Positions 17,693 through 26,264 of a stretch of DNA of 64,000 nucleotides are shown piece after piece. The position numbers and the translations under genes were made by a program. Source of the DNA: a virus. Its lineage: Duplodnaviria; Caudoviricetes. Every line of letters starts with the position of its first letter. Position 1 is the first letter of the stretch. Under the pieces are notes generated by a model that was not told the DNA's origin, ran no database searches, and was given only the letters and a program-made list of their open reading frames with translations. Location of the stretch: IMG/VR virus record IMGVR_UViG_3300029286_000037, positions 867 through 64,866 of that record; one strand, written 5' to 3'.

Positions 17693-19069
17693 CTAATACA
17701 TTATCGATTCGAATGTAACGGTACGGCCCTTCAATTGGTACTGTTCCGGTATCTCCGGTTTCCCTGTTATCGTTGGACTAGCATCTGAAGGCTTACTTGT
17801 ACGATAAGCATTCCATGCTGCTGGAACACTTAACCCACCATCTACCGAGACCGTATATCTCGGATCCTTTCTATCCAGTGGTGCCAACATAAAATGCTGC
17901 TGGTATATCGCCCCACGAGATCCTTGAGGATTAACATGCGCGATAGATAGTCGGTCGTTATTCTGACGAATCACAAAATCTCGATCATTAAGTAGCGGAT
18001 AGGGCCCAGTCCACGTTTGCCAATCATACGAAATATGAAGACCCATATCCATCAGCTGAACTGTTTTTTCAGTTTCAGGAGGAGCAATAATTATATCATA
18101 AGGCCCCTCATACCCACCTATGTAGCCTGTGCCGAAGCATAATTTACAGTCATTCTGCGCACTACGGTACTGCTCATCCCAACAAGGACAGCGCTCACCA
18201 GCCCATTTTCTTATAAAGAGCTTTACGCGTTCCCCACCTTGTTCCAGTATCCACCTATTACGTCGAATACTCTCCGCCCATATCCAATCTACTTTTTCCA
18301 TGTCATAAAGGCTAACTGCACTAACTTCGGTAAGAGGAGTCTCAATCATTTCATCATTAGATTTTTGAACAGCTACGGTAGTACACTTATAATAAATTTT
18401 CCTATTTGCATCCAATTGGATATTGTTATTGATATAAGTATACGAGACTCTTATCTCACCCCCACTACTTAAAATGGGGAGCACTGGCGGATCAAGTCTG
18501 TTAAACTGGTTATTATATGTTTGTTTGTTTATTAAGAAGATCTCACCAGTCTCACCCCTTACCTTAAATGCGGGGACTGTTTTAAAGGCTTCCAGAGACG
18601 TCGGACGAATATCAACCTTTACATGTTTAGGGTGATTCGCTATTTCTCCATTTGTACCTGTAATGACCAGCGGTTTATTATATGTATGAACAACCCAATC
18701 ACCGTTTGCATTAGTACCGGCTAATAACCTTCCACCGGCTACCGGGTCTTCCTGATCTTCCCATACTTCCCTGGTCTCATCCCTGTAATAAAGGGCACCT
18801 ATTGGAACAGTATTTAACTTAGTGTATGGGCCTTCAGGAGTATCGTACGCTCTATAAATATTTATACCTAAGACATTATAACCATTGTGTTCTATGTACT
18901 CTGCAGTAGAATCCCACCTTATATCAATTACACCAATAAGGTACGGGCTTGTGACATTTACATTTTTAGGACCTAAAGGAAGAGTAAGGGGTTTGTCACT
19001 ATTCCATCTATAAGGCAGCTTAAAATCAGGCTTGCCATAATTATCGGTAAAATTCTGCGGATTAGTCAT
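17693..19069 (-). CDS. Putative neck/head-closure protein with Zn-binding insert
   Basis: RNRWILEQGGERVKLFIRKW..CPCW..CKLCFGTGY..YPLLNDRDFVI; in the head-tail joining region. Confidence 0.55.
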   Translation of the reverse strand: MTNPQNFTDNYGKPDFKLPYRWNSDKPLTLPLGPKNVNVTSPYLIGVIDIRWDSTAEYIEHNGYNVLGINIYRAYDTPEGPYTKLNTVPIGALYYRDETREVWEDQEDPVAGGRLLAGTNANGDWVVHTYNKPLVITGTNGEIANHPKHVKVDIRPTSLEAFKTVPAFKVRGETGEIFLINKQTYNNQFNRLDPPVLPILSSGGEIRVSYTYINNNIQLDANRKIYYKCTTVAVQKSNDEMIETPLTEVSAVSLYDMEKVDWIWAESIRRNRWILEQGGERVKLFIRKWAGERCPCWDEQYRSAQNDCKLCFGTGYIGGYEGPYDIIIAPPETEKTVQLMDMGLHISYDWQTWTGPYPLLNDRDFVIRQNNDRLSIAHVNPQGSRGAIYQQHFMLAPLDRKDPRYTVSVDGGLSVPAAWNAYRTSKPSDASPTITGKPEIPEQYQLKGRTVTFESIMY

Positions 19070-19080
19070 TTATATTTCCC

Positions 19081-21492
19081 TTACAATTGTATCCCAGTAG
19101 CGCCTGTTATAGCAAAAGGTTTTTTTAATGTTACTACCTTGCTAATACCTGTAGCACCAACTAATGAATCTGAAAAAACATTTATATTTAAAATTTTATC
19201 TATACCAAAGCCTGTATTAGTAGCTTGCATAACCCAGTTCGACAGATCCCCCGTTGAAAAAACATGGCTATAAGTCCCACGAAGGTATTTTCCATCAACA
19301 GAGATACTGAACTGGTTTCCCTTTATTATAAAATTTACCTTTAAGTCAGAGAATACTTCATCAAGGGTGTGCGTACCAAGGACTACTTGGCTACTTACTT
19401 CATAGGTAACTCCGCCAGTATGGTACCCGTATGTTACCGCCATAAGTGCTCTGTTTATTTTTACATAGGCGCTATTATCATTATTTAATATTTTTATTAC
19501 TAGGTTATCTGACTTGACAGTAATGAACAATTTAGCATCTATTCCGGAACTAAAATTAAACAACCCCATGACATTAGCAGGTGCCAAGAGACTGATACCA
19601 TTCTTAGTAATCAGATAATCCCCTACCCCGGTCCAGGACCCATCTCTACCATTGCTATACAGAACACCATTAAGATCGATGTCTGAGTACTTCTCAACAC
19701 CTATAAGGTGTGCTCCGGTGACTCCCCCAAAAGAAGGGTAGTATCCTGGTTCTACTAGGACATACTTGTTATTATCTTGAAGAGCCCTCCCAACCGTGCG
19801 GTAAGGGGATTCAAGAGTCCCTGTCCATGAGTCGTTACCATCTGGAGATATATATGTTAACCCTGTCTCAAACGTTGAGTGCGAGGGGTAAAATATAGCG
19901 GCATCATTTTTACTTTGGTTACCAACAATAATGGTACTATCACTCGAAATTATATTTTTTGTTCTGAATCTACTATAGCTTGACCCGCTATCGGGTATCT
20001 CATACAAACCAGTCTCACCGTTTTGAAAAGGAACAAAATTTGTAGAGATAAATAAGTCATTTGCCCCAGCTCTCTGATACCCTCTATCTGGAGAAGCATA
20101 CGGACCTGTCTCAGTTCCTGGATATGAAACATCATACCCAAATTCTGACACATAATTTCCCATAGCAGTCTCTTGGGAATTAAATTCAAAAGCACCTATA
20201 TCCCCCGTGACTCCCTGTATCCCTGTAGCACCCCTATGAAACAAATCAAAATCTATGTCACGATCGAAGGGGGTAACTTGACTTCTAGTGCCAGTATAAG
20301 CCGCAGTATAAGTTCCATCACCCTTTACTATGCCCATCTCACCATAGATATCATTCCACCGGTCTGAGTCACCTTTACCAATATTAGGGGAAGAAGCTTT
20401 TAATCTAAAGTTATTATTGCTAGGGTCCTCATACATTGCTGTTGAACCAATATTATCCATGCCGGTATCGCCCGTTGGAATAGCACCGCTCCACCAGACA
20501 TCTACATTATCAAAATTATTATTTCTTATTTTTACAGGAGTGTTTAAATAAATTCCAGGATTTATTGGAAATCCGACTTTACCTGAAATGCTATTTGAAT
20601 CTACTCTGCTATTTTTATCACCGATGTTTTGTAATCGGATTGCGTCTCCAGATTCAACATCCCCAGCCTCTGAGTACATTATCCTAACGACGTCCCCAAC
20701 AACAAATTCACGCTCTAAACGAAGGCCTTGCCAGGATACCATAGACCCTGAGAACAGTACTGTGTAATCCGCCCCATAATTAAACGAGGGACCATCTACC
20801 ACGTTGAATGCAACATCATACAGACCACCACCGGAGATAGACGCAAAGCCGGGGAGCTGCACCCTCATATAGAGGATATCAAAATCGTTTAAAGTCTTAT
20901 ATATTATCCTAAGATTTCTATCAGGATTAGCTACCTGAGGTAAATCAAGAGCACCGTACACCGTATTCTTCCAGATATCCAACCGCTCTACAGTATTTAC
21001 ATCAATTGATCTTTGACCATTTGAAAAGAGGTTAGAACTTACGCACACTTCTTTTGCAGAAGATATTCTTATCGCCGATTTATAATCATTGAAAGAATTT
21101 CTATGCAGAGCTACATAATTTACAGAGTCTATCGCTACAGGGGTATCTACACTGTTAAACTTACATTCACGAACAATTAATGACCCTACACCTAAATTAG
21201 ACGCGGAAAGACCTTTTGGTATGCTATTAAACGTCAGACCCTCAAAGAGGCCTTGAGCACCTGAGAGGGTTAAGCTGCCCACAACTGGTGAAGAACCGTA
21301 AGCAGCTTTAACTGTTATGTTCTTTGATATAGATAAATCACCATATGAGGACCCACTACCAGTTTGTATAACAATAATCCCACCCTCATAAACCTTCGAC
21401 AGGGCATAGGGTAGGGTTCTTACCGGTGAAACGAGTCCACCGGTATTTAAATCAGAACCATACAATGAGTCAACAAATACAGTGTACATCAT
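19081..21492 (-). CDS. Right-handed beta-helix (pectin-lyase-like) virion fibre/appendage protein
   Basis: DUF1565-like caps (FVDSLYGSDLNTG..SPVRTL; YISPDGNDSWTGTLESPYRTV), N-ladder repeats, NFRLKASSPNIGKG..DIGAFEF closure. Confidence 0.75.
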   Translation of the reverse strand: MMYTVFVDSLYGSDLNTGGLVSPVRTLPYALSKVYEGGIIVIQTGSGSSYGDLSISKNITVKAAYGSSPVVGSLTLSGAQGLFEGLTFNSIPKGLSASNLGVGSLIVRECKFNSVDTPVAIDSVNYVALHRNSFNDYKSAIRISSAKEVCVSSNLFSNGQRSIDVNTVERLDIWKNTVYGALDLPQVANPDRNLRIIYKTLNDFDILYMRVQLPGFASISGGGLYDVAFNVVDGPSFNYGADYTVLFSGSMVSWQGLRLEREFVVGDVVRIMYSEAGDVESGDAIRLQNIGDKNSRVDSNSISGKVGFPINPGIYLNTPVKIRNNNFDNVDVWWSGAIPTGDTGMDNIGSTAMYEDPSNNNFRLKASSPNIGKGDSDRWNDIYGEMGIVKGDGTYTAAYTGTRSQVTPFDRDIDFDLFHRGATGIQGVTGDIGAFEFNSQETAMGNYVSEFGYDVSYPGTETGPYASPDRGYQRAGANDLFISTNFVPFQNGETGLYEIPDSGSSYSRFRTKNIISSDSTIIVGNQSKNDAAIFYPSHSTFETGLTYISPDGNDSWTGTLESPYRTVGRALQDNNKYVLVEPGYYPSFGGVTGAHLIGVEKYSDIDLNGVLYSNGRDGSWTGVGDYLITKNGISLLAPANVMGLFNFSSGIDAKLFITVKSDNLVIKILNNDNSAYVKINRALMAVTYGYHTGGVTYEVSSQVVLGTHTLDEVFSDLKVNFIIKGNQFSISVDGKYLRGTYSHVFSTGDLSNWVMQATNTGFGIDKILNINVFSDSLVGATGISKVVTLKKPFAITGATGIQL

Positions 21493-21504
21493 AAATTTTA
21501 ATTT

Positions 21505-21759
21505 CTACTTTGTGTATAACCAGCTTGGTTTTGAAGATATCCCGATGATACCACCACCGCCACCACCTCTTACTGTTGTGACAGGCTTACCCTCAGCCGA
21601 GCCATCTGTAAGATTTATTCCAGAGCTATTATCTACTCTGTCCCCAAGAGGATTACCAAACTTTGTATCTGGAGACACCCCACTACCACCCGATAAGTTG
21701 CTGCTCGATGGTATCCCGTAAACGGGCTTTCCAGCGGTATCTAATGTTTGTTCTGCCAT
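21505..21759 (-). CDS. Small Gly-rich hypothetical protein
   Basis: AAGGAG RBS; fits the tightly packed operon. Confidence 0.6.
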   Translation of the reverse strand: MAEQTLDTAGKPVYGIPSSSNLSGGSGVSPDTKFGNPLGDRVDNSSGINLTDGSAEGKPVTTVRGGGGGGIIGISSKPSWLYTK

Positions 21760-21784
21760 TTACTACTCCTTACAAAATAAAATT

Positions 21785-22372
21785 TTACAATTCTGTGGTT
21801 CGAGGGACAAAGATCCCTTTTTCGTTTTGCATAATCTCATTTAGCCACTGTTGATGTAAGACCAACCCAGAGGAATACCTCCACCTGTACATCATGACCT
21901 CCTGCCAATCCCTGTACAGGTACGGGACCCAGACATTACCCCCACCCAACCTTGGAAATCTCGACCAAGCTATCGAGTAAAGCATACCATCTGTGTTAAC
22001 ACCATCTTCAGGTGGGCACTCTATACCGTCTATATAATAGTGTACTTGCCCCTCACCGGTGCAAACATACGAGATCATGTGCCATTTTTTATCATCTAAC
22101 GAAACACCTGTATACTGCTCAATAGGCTTAGACTCTGAGTTTGAAAACTGCAATTTATAGTCAGAATCTTTGTACCGTTTAATTTCAAATCTCATAGCCC
22201 TGTCAGATTCAACAACACCACTCATATCAGATACTGCCAATAAAACCATAGGGTATTCATCAGGTATCTGGATATTAGAAATCCAACCAATACAAGTAAA
22301 TGGCGTAGATTTCTTAATATGCATCGGAGCTACATTTATATAATTACTTTTTACAAGAGATACTTCAGGCAT
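21785..22372 (-). CDS. LamG/concanavalin-like domain protein
   Basis: FTCIGWI..LDDKKWHMISYV..VHYYIDG motif. Confidence 0.7.
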   Translation of the reverse strand: MPEVSLVKSNYINVAPMHIKKSTPFTCIGWISNIQIPDEYPMVLLAVSDMSGVVESDRAMRFEIKRYKDSDYKLQFSNSESKPIEQYTGVSLDDKKWHMISYVCTGEGQVHYYIDGIECPPEDGVNTDGMLYSIAWSRFPRLGGGNVWVPYLYRDWQEVMMYRWRYSSGLVLHQQWLNEIMQNEKGIFVPRTTEL

Positions 22373-22398
22373 AATATTCCTTAAAACTGTCTGTTGAC

Positions 22399-22701
22399 TT
22401 AGTAATTATAAACTACTCTCAAGTACAGTACTCCTGTTACCCCGTGAGCAGTGCTATTAAGTACGTTTTTGATGTCTGAGTTTACAAGATTAAAACACAC
22501 AAGTGCTGTCGTACCTGCTGCATTCGCGTGTGTCACACCAAAATCAATACCATATCGCTGCGCAGGACCATCGGTGGGATCTACCGCGATATCATACGCC
22601 CCATTTGGACCTGTAGTAGGGGCAGACCTTAACAGCTTAAGATCATTGGAACCTGGACCAACCATCCCCGTCAAACCAAAATATTCTACTTCTATTGACA
22701 T
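22399..22701 (-). CDS. Small putative virion protein with GxTG motifs
   Basis: PTDGPAQRYGIDFGV..LRVVY resembles VVDGPSFNYGADYTV..VRIMY in 19081..21492. Confidence 0.6.
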   Translation of the reverse strand: MSIEVEYFGLTGMVGPGSNDLKLLRSAPTTGPNGAYDIAVDPTDGPAQRYGIDFGVTHANAAGTTALVCFNLVNSDIKNVLNSTAHGVTGVLYLRVVYNY

Positions 22702-22729
22702 AGTATTCCTGCGTTATATTTTTAAGAGA

Positions 22730-23626
22730 TTAAGACCAACCACCAGCCCCACCGCTTGCAAAGTTTCTTCGAGACTGAACCCCGGGTCGAGAGTATGGGC
22801 CCAAAGCACTGCTGATACCTACCCCGTATCTTGGTTGTTTCAATCCGATAGCTATTTTTATTGATCTTTTTGCCTGATCAAGAACCTTATCGTATTCATT
22901 TTCGAAAGAATCTTTCATAGATTGGTACTTTGAGGACTTCTCTAAATTTAAAGAAACACCGCTTATACTATAATCGTACTCATCTACTATCCAGTTAAGT
23001 GCAAGAGCACCGCAAGCTATTGAAGCTGCCTTCAAGAGCAGAACGGATCTCCACCTATCAGGTGTCTGGTTAAGAACTATGCCAGTTACTGGCGGTGCAG
23101 TATTAAAAAAGTCCACAGACATAAGCAAGTACTCATATAATTCGTAATCTTCCCAGATAAACCCGAAAACCTGCGCCTGTGCTTGTATAAATTTCTCACT
23201 TGACGGTGGGCGAAATCTATAATTCCTATCCGGATTATTATCTCTAAGAATGATTCGTAATCTTCTTATAAGGGCCTGCTCTGAGCTTACGCTTGTGATA
23301 TCGGTCTTTACATCTTTAGCAACTATATTAAATTCTTGTACAACCTGTATGAGAGGAGAACCCGATTCTTCTCTAAAGTTCCAGCGAACAATCCAATCCC
23401 CTATATTAGAATCCAAGGGCATGGTAGTACTGACATAATACTGACCTACACCCATAGACGCGGGTATCTGGTCTGGAGCCCCTATAAGGACTTCCACACC
23501 TGAAGTATAATCAAATAGTGAGTATCGAATGTAGTATGGATCAGATAAATTCCCAATACTATCTCGTATCAATATCTTCAGATCTTCTTTATTAAGCGTT
23601 TGACCAGGGTAGTATGCTACAGACAT
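22730..23626 (-). CDS. Putative head-tail adaptor (neck) protein with N-terminal beta-sandwich
   Basis: Helical IRRLRIILRD..WEDYELYEYL..FNTAPP..YSISGVSLNLEKSSKY adaptor-like pattern. Confidence 0.6.
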   Translation of the reverse strand: MSVAYYPGQTLNKEDLKILIRDSIGNLSDPYYIRYSLFDYTSGVEVLIGAPDQIPASMGVGQYYVSTTMPLDSNIGDWIVRWNFREESGSPLIQVVQEFNIVAKDVKTDITSVSSEQALIRRLRIILRDNNPDRNYRFRPPSSEKFIQAQAQVFGFIWEDYELYEYLLMSVDFFNTAPPVTGIVLNQTPDRWRSVLLLKAASIACGALALNWIVDEYDYSISGVSLNLEKSSKYQSMKDSFENEYDKVLDQAKRSIKIAIGLKQPRYGVGISSALGPYSRPGVQSRRNFASGGAGGWS

Positions 23627-23627
23627 C

Positions 23628-23834
23628 TTATATTCCTCGATCGATATTATTTAAATAACGATTCACCACATTTTTGACAGTATCTACTTTAAGAAATGAA
23701 AACTTCTTAAATTGCTCCTGAACAGCCGGGATAGTCTGCCCTGAGGCATCCTTCAAAAATTTGCCGTTCTCAGATCTTATAGCAGAAGCAATTCTGACCA
23801 TATCTTTAAAAAGAGGGGTCTTCTTAATTTGCAT
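23628..23834 (-). CDS. Small hypothetical protein (RIAS, KDAS motifs)
   Basis: GGGAG RBS; upstream 15-bp motif. Confidence 0.55.
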   Translation of the reverse strand: MQIKKTPLFKDMVRIASAIRSENGKFLKDASGQTIPAVQEQFKKFSFLKVDTVKNVVNRYLNNIDRGI

Positions 23835-23872
23835 ATAACATTTCTCCCTATAGTATTATTATATAATATTTT

Positions 23873-23887
23873 TATTAATGCATTATT
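23873..23887 (-). promoter_or_regulatory. 15-bp putative late promoter motif (AATAATGCATTAATA)
   Basis: Identical to the copy at 37253; 39 nt upstream of the ATG at 23834. Confidence 0.65.
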
Positions 23888-23939
23888 AATTCCAAGGAGT
23901 ATAAAGGAGGGCCCTTCAGAATAGAGGCTATAAAATCGA

Positions 23940-24344
23940 TTAACTTAAAATCATGGAAGCAGAGATATCAGAATGATTTTCCATAGTCTGCTTAGATTGA
24001 TGGACCCCGTCTGACGTGACAGAGAACTGTACTGAAGTCATTTGGACCAAAGAAGTTTCAGAAGTTTTACAATACCAGCGTATTTCATAGATACCAGTCT
24101 CCCAGTCCCCCTCAATAATAAAATTAGGTGTTACTTTACCTGTAGCTATAACCTGCGGGAGTCTGTTTCGAGAACCTATGGGCACAAATAAGCCGGTACT
24201 TGGTTGTATGAACCCTACATCATACCTTACCCAGAAAGGGGTACAAGGAAAAGTTACCCCAGGCTGTGCGCTATAACTTCTAGCGTAAATATTAAAAACG
24301 AGGTCATTTTGTCCTACGCGATAATCTTGAGTAAAACTTTCCAT
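23940..24344 (-). CDS. Hypothetical beta-sandwich protein, similar to the N-terminus of 22730..23626
   Basis: PFWVRYDV..IGSRNRLP..GIYEIRW vs PYYIRYSL..IGAPDQIP..GDWIVRW. Confidence 0.6.
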   Translation of the reverse strand: MESFTQDYRVGQNDLVFNIYARSYSAQPGVTFPCTPFWVRYDVGFIQPSTGLFVPIGSRNRLPQVIATGKVTPNFIIEGDWETGIYEIRWYCKTSETSLVQMTSVQFSVTSDGVHQSKQTMENHSDISASMILS

Positions 24345-24362
24345 AAATTCTCCTCAAATAAA

Positions 24363-24389
24363 AAGGCTGATCTATTAAAAATCAGCCTT
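24363..24389 (-). terminator. Intrinsic terminator
   Basis: AAGGCTGAT/ATCAGCCTT stem followed by a T-rich run on the minus strand. Confidence 0.7.
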
Positions 24390-24415
24390 ATCAATCTTGT
24401 ATATGGTTTACGATA

Positions 24416-24886
24416 TTATTCCTCGTTATCATCTTCTTTGTCAGATTCCTCTATCTCAAGGACAAGCTCAACAGTAAACTTTATGGTTTTCTTGCCCTCA
24501 TCAATATCGGGCATGTAATCTACCTGGTCTTCCCAAATGTAGTCATCAAAATCCTGATTCAAATCAGAAATATCGATACCGGAGTATTGATCTTTCAAAA
24601 AGTCAACAAGCTTAGGATTTATCATTTTTTTAAGATCAGCCTCATGATCGTCAACCCAATCCTGAAGCATCCTATTAATGACCCTATAGCTATCCGGAGG
24701 AACACCCTCATAAGTTAAACATATATTAGCCCATACCTCTATGTTAGCTGAGAATTCCTCATCATTATTTTCTACTGAGTTTTCTTCATCAATGTCTATC
24801 TTATCAAAATCTATAAAAGAAGATTCCTTCAGCTTAAAATTTTCAGCAGCCTTCTTAGACATAAATTCAACAATAGAAGCTCTCAT
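24416..24886 (-). CDS. Acidic hypothetical protein
   Basis: 156-aa ORF in the operon; N-terminal KKAA. Confidence 0.65.
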   Translation of the reverse strand: MRASIVEFMSKKAAENFKLKESSFIDFDKIDIDEENSVENNDEEFSANIEVWANICLTYEGVPPDSYRVINRMLQDWVDDHEADLKKMINPKLVDFLKDQYSGIDISDLNQDFDDYIWEDQVDYMPDIDEGKKTIKFTVELVLEIEESDKEDDNEE

Positions 24887-24888
24887 TT

Positions 24889-25089
24889 TTAAAACCCATG
24901 CTTAAGATTAGTGAAGTTCTCTGCATTTATACCGGTCACGCCCATATCCCATTTTACGGGTTGGAGTGTACCTACACCTGTGATGCCACCTGTTTCTGGA
25001 ATTATCTTATCGATATTCATGTAGACATTTATATCATACGGACCCATTGCAGGAGATATCGTTCTCATTTTACCTTGATAGACATCCAT
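24889..25089 (-). CDS. Small hypothetical protein with two GxTG motifs
   Basis: Start moved to the ATG at 25089 (MDVYQ), which follows GAGGG and the upstream stop. Confidence 0.5.
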   Translation of the reverse strand: MDVYQGKMRTISPAMGPYDINVYMNIDKIIPETGGITGVGTLQPVKWDMGVTGINAENFTNLKHGF

Positions 25090-25097
25090 AATAAATA

Positions 25098-25385
25098 CTA
25101 CCCTCTTTTTAGATCGTTCCCAATTATACTGGCACAAAGTGACTTTAAGGACTTCACGTTATCAGCGTATGTCAGCGCGTCAACAGGGCACTGCCTCAAA
25201 AAATAAGCTGATTTAAGTTTCTCCACCACATCGGTTTCTTCAAAATAAAAATAAACCTTTTTTTGGTCCTTAGTGGTGTTTTTTATTTTACATCCTGAAG
25301 TAGCAAATAAAGCGGCAAGATAGAGGTCACAAGTCTTATACCCTTCACGAGTATAAATCAAATCCCCATGTATGTTATCATTCAT
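25098..25385 (-). CDS. DUF5659-like small protein
   Basis: YKTCDLYLAALF..KVYFYFE..VDALTY pattern. Confidence 0.6.
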   Translation of the reverse strand: MNDNIHGDLIYTREGYKTCDLYLAALFATSGCKIKNTTKDQKKVYFYFEETDVVEKLKSAYFLRQCPVDALTYADNVKSLKSLCASIIGNDLKRG

Positions 25386-25440
25386 TTTTAGGTAACCCTC
25401 AAAATTTTTATACTAAATCTTATTTCAATTTAAAATTAAA

Positions 25441-25469
25441 GTCGCCGGGACCGTTATAGTCCCGGCGAC
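25441..25469 (-). terminator. Intrinsic terminator
   Basis: 11-bp stem GTCGCCGGGAC/GTCCCGGCGAC, then TTTAATTTT. Confidence 0.8.
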
Positions 25470-25497
25470 ACTGTCTTCAATAAGTAACCCTTAGCTC

Positions 25498-25923
25498 TTA
25501 CGCATTACCGTAATAGTAACCTGTTGACCCAGCAGCACCTGTTGAATACTTATCATTGGAAAGCTTATCCATGTAAGTATCGGTGAATCTTGAAGTACCG
25601 GTGTCGCCAATATCCTGACGTGGAACTTCATCAGCTGAAGTGTAACTACCTTCAGTAAGAACGAGCGGGGCACCATTACGTGCAGAAAAGGTAGCATTGC
25701 TGCTTGTTGTAGAGAAATACTTCAATACACCTTTTGCCATACTGAAAAGAACGTTGTCAGTAATTTGGAGAACTTTTGTCTCTCCCCACATAATATATTC
25801 ATCTTGACCGCAATTGAAATTGCCTTCTTGTGCGCCACCAAGCTGACTTCTTTTATCTACGTCAGTAAAGTAAATCTTACCAACGTTTGTACCAAGGTAC
25901 GCTACCCTAAGTGTATTAGCCAT
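25498..25923 (-). CDS. Putative abundant virion protein (own promoter and terminator)
   Basis: GGGAGG RBS, upstream 15-bp motif, downstream terminator; GDTG and GSTG near the C-terminus. Confidence 0.6.
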   Translation of the reverse strand: MANTLRVAYLGTNVGKIYFTDVDKRSQLGGAQEGNFNCGQDEYIMWGETKVLQITDNVLFSMAKGVLKYFSTTSSNATFSARNGAPLVLTEGSYTSADEVPRQDIGDTGTSRFTDTYMDKLSNDKYSTGAAGSTGYYYGNA

Positions 25924-25996
25924 AAAAAGCCTCCCTTAAATTAAACCATACTGTTTGTATATAAAACCTTTTCAGGTATCTTCATTAAAGACCCCG

Positions 25997-26035
25997 TATT
26001 AAGAGATTATTAACTATCGTAATTATCTATTAATA
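25997..26035. promoter_or_regulatory. Back-to-back divergent copies of the 15-bp motif
   Basis: Minus copy at 25997-26011 (AATAATCTCTTAATA) and plus copy at 26021-26035 (AATTATCTATTAATA); each points into its own gene. Confidence 0.65.
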
Positions 26036-26087
26036 ATCTATTCAGAGACATGAGTACAACCTACACACCTATTTACAGGGGAGATAC

Positions 26088-26264
26088 ATGGATAGAGTAA
26101 ATTTTCACCTTACTGAGGGTGAGATACACGGATTGAAGGTCATATCTGACTTGACTGGGGTACCACGTGCCGAAATAATAAGACGCGCGGTCGACGATTA
26201 TATCAATCGAAAAAAGTTTGAAGGTTTTACAGGACTTGAGAATATCAAAGAGGTGTACGCATGA
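26088..26264 (+). CDS. Ribbon-helix-helix (CopG/Arc-like) protein, 58 aa, absent from the ORF track
   Basis: MDRVNFHLTEGEIHGLKVISDLTGVPRAEIIRRAVDDYI; AGGGGAG RBS; its stop overlaps the glycosyltransferase start (ATGA). Confidence 0.85.
   Translation: MDRVNFHLTEGEIHGLKVISDLTGVPRAEIIRRAVDDYINRKKFEGFTGLENIKEVYA

Noticed and set aside
19081-22701. Collagen triple-helix domains
   Set aside because: G-x-x runs reach at most about four triplets (GATGIQGVTGDIG), too short for a collagen helix.
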